From assembly GCF_009914755.1 (NCBI RefSeq), contig NC_060936.1: DNA of 64,000 nucleotides. One strand, 5' to 3'. Position 1 is the stretch's first letter, and each line of letters opens with the position of its first letter. The translations under genes and the position numbers were made by a program. Positions 53,660 through 64,000 of this stretch are shown piece by piece. This DNA comes from the human T2T-CHM13v2.0 reference genome, Homo sapiens. The notes under the pieces are model-generated. The model ran no database searches and was not told the origin of the DNA. It saw only the letters and a list, made by a program, of their open reading frames with translations.

Positions 53660-54862
53660 TCAAAGAGACATCTGTATTCATGTGTTCATTGCATTATTCA
53701 CAATAGCTAAGACATGGAACCTAAGTGTCCATCAACAGATGAATGGATAAAGAAAATATGGTATGCATATGTATGTGTGGGAGGGTAAACATATATGTGT
53801 GTGTGTAGTCACACACACACTGAAATATATTTCAGCCTTAAAAAGGAAGGACATGCTACAACATGAATCAAACTTGAGGTCATTATGCTAAGTGAAATAA
53901 GCCAGTCGCAAAAAGATAAATATTGTGTGATTCCACCTATATAAAGTACCTAGCCTAGTCAAATTCATACAGACAGAAAACAGAATGCTAAAGGGCTGAA
54001 GAAAGGAGGGTATAAGGAATTATATTTTAATGAGTATAATGTTTTAGTTTTAGTTATGCAGGATTAATTAATTTTGGAGATCTAATGTATAGCATAGTTA
54101 CTATAGTAATAATACTGCATTGTATACTTGAAATTTACTAAGAGAGTAGATCTTAAATGTTCTCACCACACACACACAAAAGCAACTATGTGAGGTGATG
54201 ACTATGTTAATTAGTTTCATTGTGGTAATCATTTCACCATGTATACATGTATCAAAACATCACATTGTATACCTTAAATATATACAATTTTTATTTGTCA
54301 ATTATCCCTCAATAAAGCTGGAAAAATGCTCATAAAGCCACCCCTCTCCCATAAAAATTACACATAGGCAAGTTTATCCAGTCATGGGATTTTCATTCTA
54401 GTGCATATTTCCTGACACAGGTGGGGAGTTAACAACACTAGCCAATCATTTAATCTGCGACCTTTCATGTTTGGACTTTCCTGAAATGGCCCCAACAATT
54501 AAATGGCGTAATACAACAGGAGGAGCCCTGAACAGACAGTAGGTTAGACTGGGTTTGAAATCTTGTTCCTCCATTTACTAGCCAGGTGACCTTGGGCATA
54601 TCATTGAAAGTCCATGTTTGGCCTGTTCCCTTCTAGCAGTGTGCCAGGACCTCATGGATCAGTGATGGACTAGACTCTGTGGCTCCTCCCCACTCAAAAT
54701 GTGGGATAGTAGCATCTACCTGACCACAGCTGTGGATGTTGACATGCCTTTCACCTGGCATTGGGAAAAAAGGGTCACACTCTTTTTGCCTTATTATAAA
54801 AAGAAGGAAATAGGTTCATAAAAATAATTTGATATAATTTATTCTGTTTTGCTATATGCCAG

Positions 54863-55343
54863 TGTTTCCATTATCTGTTGCTGTGTAACAAACCGCCCCA
54901 GAACTTGGCAACTTAAAGCAACAGTGTCTTATTATTTCTCATCATTTTTATGTGTTGACTGGGCTGGACAGGGCAGGTTTTCTGCTGCAAGATTTCTGTT
55001 AGGGCTTGGATGGCCAGAATAGTCTCTTCACTCCCATGCCTGGCATCTCTGCTGGGATGGCAGGACCAGCTGGGGCCTGACCAGGCATCGTTCTCTCTTT
55101 GTGGTGTCTCCAGCAGGGTAACTGAACTTTAACAGGATGGCTCTCGGCTTCAAGAGCTCCACAAGAGTCTAAGCCACTACATGCAAGTGCTTATCAAAAC
55201 TCTGATTGCATTATGCTTGCTAATGTCTCATTCACCAAAGGAAGTCACATGGTTAAGCCCACGGCCAATGTGGGCAGGAACCATATGAGAGTATGAATAG
55301 TGGGAAGCATGTCCATTGGGGGACACTGGGGTGACATACTACA
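54863..55343 (-). mobile_element. MaLR solo LTR (MLT1G/H-like)
   Basis: ttatctgttgctgtgtaacaaaccgccccagaactt...cttaaagcaaca...tgctaatgtctcatt...aagtcacatgg...actaca. Confidence 0.8.
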
Positions 55344-55989
55344 GTGGCCAGCCAGGGTGCTGATGTGAGGGGCCCTTTGTAAAGCAGTGTGGTTGTGTCC
55401 CTGTAGATCCAGGAGTCAGGATGCATTTTGCTGCTGCTGTCTTACCAAAAAATTACTTTTAATTGGGACATCTTAATGTTCCCATAATCTCGTCTAATAA
55501 GGAATAATAAAACAAGAGGTCAGAGGAGTCTTTCTTGGCCCTGTGTAGAGGCTCTAAGAGTTGGTCAAACATCCCTTCCCACCCAGTTGCAGGGAGACAT
55601 GCCCTCAGTAGTTCACTACTTTACCACTCTAAATGGGAACCATCCCAGCAGGGAGGCTGCACACAAAAGGAGCACCACAAAATTCCTCTTGTATTTCTCC
55701 TTCCCTATGCGTAATTAGTGGAGAAAGGCAGCATCATGGGGGTGAGACACGTTGGCCCTAGGACTTTGTGATGGTGAGCACATTAGATTTTCAGGTCATT
55801 TGGCTCTAGACACATTCTCCAAAAAATAATTTTCAGCCATCAAGTCTTGGTGTTCTCTCTATTTTTATCTCCAGTGCAGAGGTTTGGGCTTAATCACACT
55901 CCTCAAGTTACTAAACTGACCTTGTCTTGTTTCATGTGTGTATGTATGTGTGTACGTATGTATATATGCATGCATGTATGTATTATTCT

Positions 55990-56500
55990 TTTTGATTCCC
56001 TTTTCCATGCCTCACCCCATAGATAAACTTTCTGCGGTGTTTAATATATATCTTTTTATTTGTATGCATTCTTCCCAACTGTGTATTATGCTTTTGTATG
56101 CATGCATGTTTAATTTTCATATATGGCATAATCAATTGCTAAAGTTATGCAAAATTGATCATGTTATCAATTTAACTTTTTTTTTTTTTTACCTTTTCCT
56201 TTCCAACTGTGGATTTTAGGCCCATCTACATTACTGTGTGTTCTCCAAGTTTGTTGCTTCATGGTGTGCACCACCCCCAATGCTGTTCTCCATTCTGCCA
56301 CATTACCTGGCCATCCTCCCACTGCAGAGCCTCCCCTCCCTGTCCCACAAATGTCCCTGCTGGGAACATCCTCAGCAGACCTCCAGAGAATTTCTCTGGG
56401 CTCTATGAGCAGGAGCAAAATGAGTGTGCAGAGGATGTGGGTCACAAATGTGAGTAGGTAGTGCCAGAGAGCTTTTCTGACTGGAAGCCCTGGTCTCTGC
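55990..56500 (-). mobile_element. Very old L1ME/HAL1-like remnant
   Basis: ttttaggcccatctacattactgtgtg...gaacatcct...gagaatttctctggg...aggagcaaaatg. Confidence 0.45.
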
Positions 56501-57023
56501 CCTCAGTAGCAGTGCCAAAGGACATACCTTCTCTTCCCAGCCCAGCCCTGGCATTAGCCACAAGAAGATGAAGATGCAGGCCCTGCTTGCAAGGATCCTG
56601 TGACATTATTCCACCTCGAATCCCTAACCTCTGTGGACGGGTTTTCTGGCTTCGTCCCGGGCAGTCTGACCAAGCCCTGGCATTCCCAGGCCACATCCAC
56701 CTGCCTTGGCATCCTGTCCCCAGCCACCCTGCCTTCCTCGGATGTGGCCAACAGACATGTGTCATGGCGAATGTGCCAGAGCAACTGGGAGCTACTCAGA
56801 GAGGAACTCAATGAAGATGAGATCATTTTACCTCCCCCACAGTTCCCCAGCAAATCTCAGCACTGAGCCTCTGTGCCAACTCCAGAGAGAGTGCACTTGT
56901 TGGTAACTAACTGCTTTGTTTACCATTCACAGTGGCTCTGAAAAGCCCACCTCTTGGGTGGTAGATATGAAGTGAACAATGTTACTGTGATGAAATGACA
57001 CAGTGACAGCCTGGAGGTCATGC

Positions 57024-57493
57024 AACCTAGAGAACCTAGAGCGGGACCCTGTTCTAGATACTTCATTTCACAGGTAACCTAGAGAACCTAGAGCGGGACC
57101 CTGTTCTAGATACTTCATTTCACAGGCAACCTACAGAACCTGGAGCGGGACCCTGTTCTAGATACTTCATTTCACAGGCAACCTAGAGAACCTAGAGCGG
57201 GACCCTGTTCTAGATACTTCATTTCACAGGTAACCTAGAGAACCTAGAGCGGGACCCTGTTCTAGGTACTTCATTTCACAGGTAACCTAGAGAACCTAGA
57301 GCGGGACCCTGTTCTAGGTACTTCATTTCACAGGTAACCTAGAGAACCTAGAGCGGGACCCTGTTCTAGATACTTCATTTCACAGGTAACCTAGAGAACC
57401 CAGAGCGGGACCCTGTTCTAGATACTTCATTTCACAGGTAACCTAGAGAACCCAGAGCGGGACCCTGTTCTAGATACTTCATTTCACAGGTAA
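57024..57493. repeat. Minisatellite/VNTR, 52-bp unit x9 (aacctagagaacctagagcgggaccctgttctagatacttcatttcacaggt)
   Basis: gcggg recurs at 57041, 57093, 57145, 57197, 57249, 57301, 57353, 57405, 57457 (exact 52-bp period). Confidence 0.98.
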
Positions 57494-57600
57494 AGACACT
57501 GAGACCCAGAAAAATGATCTTCCTTGTTATGTAATGAAAGGCCAAGCTGGTGCCAGAGTCTAGGAGCCCCATTGCTCTGGCCCATCCTCCTTTCCTATCC
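57476..57600 (-). mobile_element. MIR/MIR3 remnant continuous with the last VNTR unit
   Basis: cttcatttcacaggtaaagacactgagacccaga resembles the MIR core ctcattttacagatgaggaaactgaggcccaga. Confidence 0.65.
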
Positions 57601-57906
57601 CTGCCCCAGTTTCCTTCCCACCAGTTGATGCTGCAGGGGCCCTCAACTCCACAGATAAGCCTAAACTTTGCCCCAAGACATTGAACTTCTTCCCTTCCTA
57701 GACTGGTCTTGTGAAATATTCAGAAACAGGAAATTGGCTTTATTGATGACTTTCCTTCCCTTCCCAATTCAGTTCAGGAAACAATAAACTGAAACAAGAA
57801 TAAATAAAATAAATAGGGAAGAGAAGACAATAATAATCAGAACTATTTCTTGACTGTGAAAAGACTGTAATGAAATAAGGAAATAAGATCCCTTAAGAAT
57901 TCTATT

Positions 57907-58203
57907 GGCCAGGCACAGTGGCTGCTCACACCTACAATGCCAGCACTTTGGGAGACAGAGTCCAGCACATTGCTTGAATGCAGGAGTTTGAGACCAGCCT
58001 GAGCAACAGGGCAAAACTCTGTTTCCAAAAAAAAGAAATTAGCCTCAGTTATTCAGGAGGCTGAGGTGGGAGGGTCACCTGGGCCTGGGAGGTCAAGACT
58101 GCAGTGAGCTGAGATCACGCCACTGCACCTCCAGCCAGGGTGACACGGGGAAATCCTGTCTCAAAAAAAACAAAAACAAAAACAAAAACAAACAAACAAA
58201 AAA
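57907..58203 (+). mobile_element. AluJ with internal deletion at the start of the right arm
   Basis: attagcc joined directly to tcagttattcaggagg; aagaattc on both flanks. Confidence 0.9.
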
Positions 58204-59013
58204 GAATTCGACCAGTGGGTGTTTTCCCCTATTTTCTAGATGGAGAAGCAGAATCAAAGAGGCACTCAGGAAATGACTGGAGAAATATGACCAATGATAT
58301 AGCAAATATATCTACAATTACTCACAGGAGTCACTAAAGCAGGTTTTACTCCTTTGTAAATGTCTCTTCCTTGTAGCTCAAAGCATCAGTTCCTAATGGC
58401 ATATGTCTTTCTTCTTTCATCTAATATACCATGAGAATAATAACAGTAGTAGTTTCAGAAATACCGAATTACATTTATGCAATACTGTAAAATTTACAAA
58501 GTTGAGCATAGGAATTCATGCTTGAAAAAATATTAATTCTGGACAAGTGATTAGTCAGGTAGGATGACAGGATTTGGAAATGAGGGAGTGAGTATTGGTC
58601 ATAAATGAACAAATATCTCATTGGGCACGTTGGCGGTCCTGCTCTTGGAGAAAAGCTGCCATTCCACACTGCAATACTCTGGAATGCCTCAGAACCTTCC
58701 TTTGCAAATTAGAACAGGGATAGAGGGAAGGGTCATTCAGAATTTGGAGCTAATTAGATCATCTAGCCAATAGGAGAAATGTTAGAAAGAACGGACACTT
58801 TTTTTTGTAATCCTAACTTGCACCATGCACTGCTTTTGTGAACGGGCCTGAAGAACTCCTTGAAGGGAACATGACACAAACCTCAGTGGAAGCTATTTAG
58901 CTCTGTTCCCAGGACCGTGCCAACAGCCTAGTGCCAGCGAAAACTGTCTCTGTCCCCACAAGTCCAGCACTTGGCAGGCGCCACCTGACCCTCTGCCTTG
59001 AGTTCAGAAAAGA

Positions 59014-59418
59014 TTTTTTTAATTCACATACTGTAAAATTCACCTGTTTAAATTGTACGATTCAGTGGTTTTAGTATATTAACAGAGCTACAAGACTATC
59101 ATCATTATCTAATTCCAGAACCTTTTTATCACCTCAAGAAGACCTCATACCCATTGGCAGTCACGGCTAATTCCCTTCCTTCTGCCTCTGGGCCCTGGCA
59201 ACCACTCATCTTTTTGTGTTTACAGATTTTCCTACTCTGGACATTTCATATAAATAGAATCCTGCAATATGTTGTTTTGTGCGTGTGGCTTCTTTCCTTT
59301 AATGTCTTACAGTTTATTCATGTTGTAGCTTATGTCAGTACTTCATTCTTTTCTACAACTGAGTAATAGTCCATTGCATGCATATAGCACCTTTTGTTTA
59401 CCTCTTCATCTGTTCATG
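59014..59418 (-). mobile_element. L1MB-like 3' end
   Basis: aattcacatactgtaaaattcacc...ttcagtggttttagtatatt...ccctggcaaccact...ctggacatttcatataaatagaatc. Confidence 0.88.
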
Positions 59419-59666
59419 CTTTCAGAAGGATCTTGGTACTAGTCTGAGCTGAACTTGAAAGCTATAGACAATGAGTTTTTTTTTCCATCTCCTAACATAG
59501 TAAAAATTAGTGTTTTAGGAAGATTACTGTGGTGGGCCCATAAACACCAGATCTACGGTGAGGCAGAGATGGAGGATGATGAAATTTGGAACCTCATTCT
59601 ATTAAATTGGAGAGAAAAGTCAAGGTCAGCAAGGGAATCTTTGTGCAAGAAGCAGACTCATTCTCA

Positions 59667-59667
59667 T

Positions 59668-59714
<47 letters not shown>

Positions 59715-59725
59715 TCTCTCTCTCC
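59667..59725. repeat. (CT)n microsatellite
   Basis: Direct reading. Confidence 0.95.
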
Positions 59726-60709
59726 CATCTGTCTCCAGTTCTGACCATAAAGCCATAAGGCCACAGGCTTTTAAGAGTGGCTATCCTGGGGTTGAGGGCC
59801 CAGTGGTGGTTTCAACCTTGTCTCATATTTCTCCTGGCAGCTCTGTTGAAAATCAGCCGACCACACTCCTTCCTGGAACATGCATCGCTGAGAATTGCCT
59901 CTTGCACAATTATCTGCCAAACCCCGTTGTTAATGAAATGAATGATTTAGTTATCCTTGTTAGTAATGGCCCACACTGCACAAAGACCCATTATTGCATC
60001 CATGAGGCTGGCAGGAGTGCCGGCCAAGGCACCTGTGAGCGATTCTTACAATTAGCTCTCTTATCAGCTTGATTGGAGAGGAGAAGGCTGCCAGTGGCCA
60101 CAGGGGTGCAGCCTGTCCCCTGCATGGTCCCCACGATGCATCAAGAGCTGGGAGCATCTAGGGGCAAAATAAGAAATGAGGCCGGGACTGAGCTCTTCAT
60201 TTGCCAATTTTGACCTGCAAAGCCTGGGGCTGCTTCCCCCTAGCACAGGGGACGGACAGCCTGAAGGACTGTGGGGACATGCATCATGTCAGGTTTCCTT
60301 GGGTCCAGGGAGCAGCTCGGCTGACCGGCAGATGAGGTACCTTGAAGCATATTGGGGTATCCTATTAATAAAACACCTCTCCCCATCACACACCATGGCA
60401 CAGCTCCTCCCCCTCCCTCAACTCCTCTGCCAAAGAGAACATCTTTCCTTTGCTGGTAATACTGGGTTTTTGCTCCCCTCCCTCCTCGCTCCCCAGTAGT
60501 GGCTGTACAGTACTGCTCCTTCGTTTCCTGTTAGGCCCGATCTTCCTCTAGTGCTCATTCCTGCTGCTTTTCAAGGGAAGGGAGAACACGAGCAAGAAAA
60601 GTAGACAGAAATGGGCATGACTGGAACAAGTAGAACTGATCAAGGTAAATAGAGACATAAACAGAGAAAGTAATTTGAAGGACATTGTGTTAACACACAC
60701 AAGAATGTG

Positions 60710-60734
60710 TACACACACACACACACACACACAC
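60710..60734. repeat. (CA)n microsatellite
   Basis: Direct reading. Confidence 0.95.
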
Positions 60735-61944
60735 TTGCACATACACATTTCATCTTGTCTTCTGGACGATGACATTCAGGAATAAGTTCTTCAGTTTGGG
60801 AAATAGCTGCCCAGAGCTGTGACTGAGAAATGTGTTTCAGCTTAAAGAGACTAGACTAACATGTGGTTAAGGGACTCTTGCGAAATGAGCAGAACCAAGG
60901 GTGCACTGAGTGTGCACAGAGGCAGGTATTAGAGGCTGTGTAACAGGGTGGGTGGTCTGTGCATTGACCTGGCTTCACTCCTTTGACTGGTTGTGACTCT
61001 GCATAAGCCATTTAATACACAGCAAAAGATAGATGCTTGAAAACTGCTTTCATACATACAGATTTATTCATGTTGACAACCTCTGCATGCCACTCAGTAA
61101 AAATTTCCAGGCTACTTACAATAATAGCGAAACAGAAGGATAAACTAAATTATGTCGGAGGAATATACTATGTAAAAAATATAATAAAATTAAAGATGAG
61201 ATTAGCACCTGAAAATCTCTCTATTATGACTTGAGGGCCTACTAATTTGGCCCTGAGAGGTGTGGCCCTTCCTAATTTTGACAGTGAGAAATATATCGCC
61301 CTGGGTCCTGATATAGAGGACCTGTAGAGGCAGAGGGCGGTGCCCTGGATAACACCCCTCCAGTGGAGAAAGAAAAGACCCCATTATGACTGCTGCATCC
61401 CTCTCGGAAGATGGCACGGGAGGCCAGCACTCCCGCCAGTACACACCAAAGTATCGTGGCCCAAATTATCCAGCTTCATCTTCACTGTCTATACCAGTCA
61501 TGTTCAATGACTTATAAAAAGCAGTGATACTCTTCTAGTCCAATAAAATCTTGCACAAGCACAGAGAAAAGAGGGCGGGTGGGTCATTGTTTCAGAGGGG
61601 GAAGGGCTGACCATTTTCTTAGGGCCTCTCTTTCCCCACGCAGAGAGTGGTGAGGCCTGATGAGGCACCTTTGCTCTGAATCCCAAGCATCTGAAAACCC
61701 CTTGTCCCATCTAGGTGAAAGGATGGAGGGAGGGAGGGAAGAAATAGAGGAATGAAGGGAGGGAGGAAAGAATGTTGCTTTTCATTGCCACTTGCACAGG
61801 ATTCTTGTGGGAGCCAGTAGGGAAGTTGCTATTTTGAATCGGATAAATTGGGGCTTCCTCTTCTTGTTCATCAAGACCACTCTTTGGCTCATTTCATCCC
61901 AATAAAACAAACCACGACACACTACCAGACTGAAGAGACCGTAC

Positions 61945-62190
61945 AGTGCACTTTTAAGTGTCTGGGCTCCAAACCAAACTGCCTGGGTTTGAATCCTGGC
62001 CCTGCTACTTATCACTGTGTGATACTGGACAAGTTACTTAACCTTTCTGTGCCTGTTTTCTCATCTGCAGAAATAGGTGCTGATAGTACCTACCTCATGG
62101 GAGTGTTGTGAGGAGAAAATGTGTTAGCATGGGTACGACGTTTAGAATGGCATTTGCCACATGGTCTGGGAATAAATGTCAGCTGTCATT
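61945..62190 (+). mobile_element. MIR SINE, near full length
   Basis: ctgcctgggtttgaatcctggccctgctactt...ctgtgtgatactggacaagttacttaacctttctgtgcctgttttctcatctg. Confidence 0.92.
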
Positions 62191-64000
62191 ATGCTGTGGG
62201 TATATAAATACACTACTCCTTGCAATATCAGTTTTTGCCCACACAATTTCCAGCCCTCTGCCCTCAGGTGAGCCAGCCTGTCTCATCTCAGGGCCTCATG
62301 GTGGCTTAGCTCACTCAGCAGTGGGAGCAGGTGGCTGAGCTGCAGTCAGGGTTCTGTGAACGCGGTGGGTTGAGGAGGGAAAGGAATGAGGTTTGGAGTC
62401 CTTTTGTTGTTTTGCTTGGGTCAGAAGGAATCTGTGGTAGCATGCAGTCATGATCTTATTTTACAGCTGCAGGATGTTGGTAGACAAACTTCTCCCTAAT
62501 CTATATGATCTATAAGCCCAAACGGCCTTTAATAGGGGGCGGTCACAGGAGGTCAGTGGCCTCCTCCTTCACAGCAGCTATGTGATGTGGCTGAGCTCTG
62601 AGAAAGAGCACTTGGCTGTGGTGCAACTGGCCTAGAATTCATAGCCCCATTCTCTTGATCTGAGTTGCTTCTGGGGGATGAGCGTGGCACCACAGCGTCT
62701 CAGGTGCTATATAGGGGACTTCCCAAGAGTTGCCCGTATCGGTTGTAAGGTGCTGTCTACATGAGGGGATGGTTTTATGAATACACAAGGGAGAGTTACC
62801 AGCAGAGTGATGGCGAAAGCTTTGAGCTAGATGGTTTTCATCTTCCTGAAACATCGCCCTAGGGTTTTCCTGATGTTTCCATCAATCTGTTAAGTGCAGT
62901 GTGTGGTCGTGTCCCTCAGGGACTTTCCCATTTACTCTGGAAGACCAAACTTATAGGCTACACTCTGGGTGCAGACAGTGCTAGTCCTGTGGGGAGTTGG
63001 GAAAAAGGAGTGGGAGGCTTTGTGGCCGAGGAGGGGCTTCAGGGCAGCAAGGATGACGGCTGGGTTTGAACAGTCAGTGGAGAAGGAAGTGTGGAAAGGC
63101 CAGAGAAGTAGACATGGATGTGTGCATGCCAGAGAGGGCAGGCAGACAGGGTTCATGGAGGGGGCAGAAGCAGCACATTGACCTCTGCTTCTGCCAGAAG
63201 ATCAGAGGGGATATCGGGGGGGTGGTCTGGCCAGAGTAAGGGCAGCCTTGAAGCCCCGATGGAATAATTTTGACTTGATTCTATGGAAAATGACATACGA
63301 CAGTGTAGGAGGGCTTGTCTTCTAACTGAAACCAGCTGGGAATCTTTCCCAGTAGAGTCAAGGGCAGGGCAGAGCGAGGGCCTTTGGCAGCATGTGCAAA
63401 TGTACATGCATGTAACCATTGTGTGTGGCCCACCATGCTTTTAAACCTACCTTTACCTCCTCTAGTTCTTCATATCTCTTAACCCTCTTGTCTGTGAGCA
63501 TCAACAATCCGGGGCTTACACAGACAACACCACAGTGTGCCATCTTGCCAGAAGGAGAAACTGAGGCACTCTATTCTAAAGAGGCTGGTTCTAGGACCTG
63601 CCCTTGAATCACTGTGGAGTAAGACCCAGAGTGTGGGCTGCCAGGCCCCTTCCTTCAGGGATCTGGCTTCTAAAGTTGGTTCTTTTCCTGTATCTCATAA
63701 AGAGGGAAAGGATGGGCCTAAGAGAGGTTATTTGGACAAATGGCCATTGTAATTGCCTCCTATCAGACACAGGTGGATAGAGGCAGGTGTGGGGAAGAGG
63801 GCTGCCTGGATCTGGGATTCCCAATCCCCCATACTCCTTGGCCTATTGTTGAGGGGGAGCTAGAGGAGGGGTGCGGACTTAGCAGGTTAAGAAAGATAAA
63901 CGCTTACTCTTTAACAGTGGGAAAGAGGGACGGAAGAGTAAGATTGAAATCTGAGGCAAGAGGAGTGGCCTAACCTGGTGGAGGCAGGAGAGGCGCGTGT

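Noticed and set aside
57024-57493. CRISPR-like look of the hairpin-containing repeat arrays (also 19997-20411)
   Set aside because: Units are head-to-tail with no unique spacers, there are no cas genes and the context is primate; these are minisatellites.
59455-60072. Longest ORF (205 aa) as a gene
   Set aside because: Non-ATG start, runs through a (CT)n microsatellite, no recognisable domain.

Overview
Primate genomic DNA, human or great ape as judged by AluY and an L1PA3-type 3' end. I found no recognisable protein-coding exon, CpG island, tRNA, rRNA or CRISPR array. The listed ORFs are short, repeat-derived or low-complexity. The window looks like the interior of a very large intron. The host gene is probably on the + strand, because every recognised LTR is antisense to + and T-runs appear to outnumber A-runs; I could not identify the gene. 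It contains 10 Alus, a nested L1MA9-like/L1PA3/MER93/Alu complex (49.9-54.3 kb), about 7 solo LTRs, MADE1/MADE2/MER5A/MER20/MER33 DNA-transposon fossils, many MIR/L2 fragments and two minisatellites (41 bp x10, 52 bp x9). The most unusual structures are: (i) a 279-bp non-tandem duplication whose first copy is enclosed by a 56-bp, 96%-identical inverted repeat (41978-43149); (ii) a MIR3-derived 52-bp VNTR in which every unit has a stem-loop followed by an overlapping acceptor/donor (YnCAG|GTAA, the recursive-splice-site motif; GC in 2 of 9 units); (iii) a 215-nt AG-exclusion zone with a distant-branch-point motif, plus two candidate cassette exons that are open only in phase 2; (iv) a candidate 10-nt minus-strand microexon; (v) a perfect 15-bp-arm palindrome. 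Repeat subfamily calls come from recalled consensus sequences, not a database search, and boundaries of old repeats are approximate.
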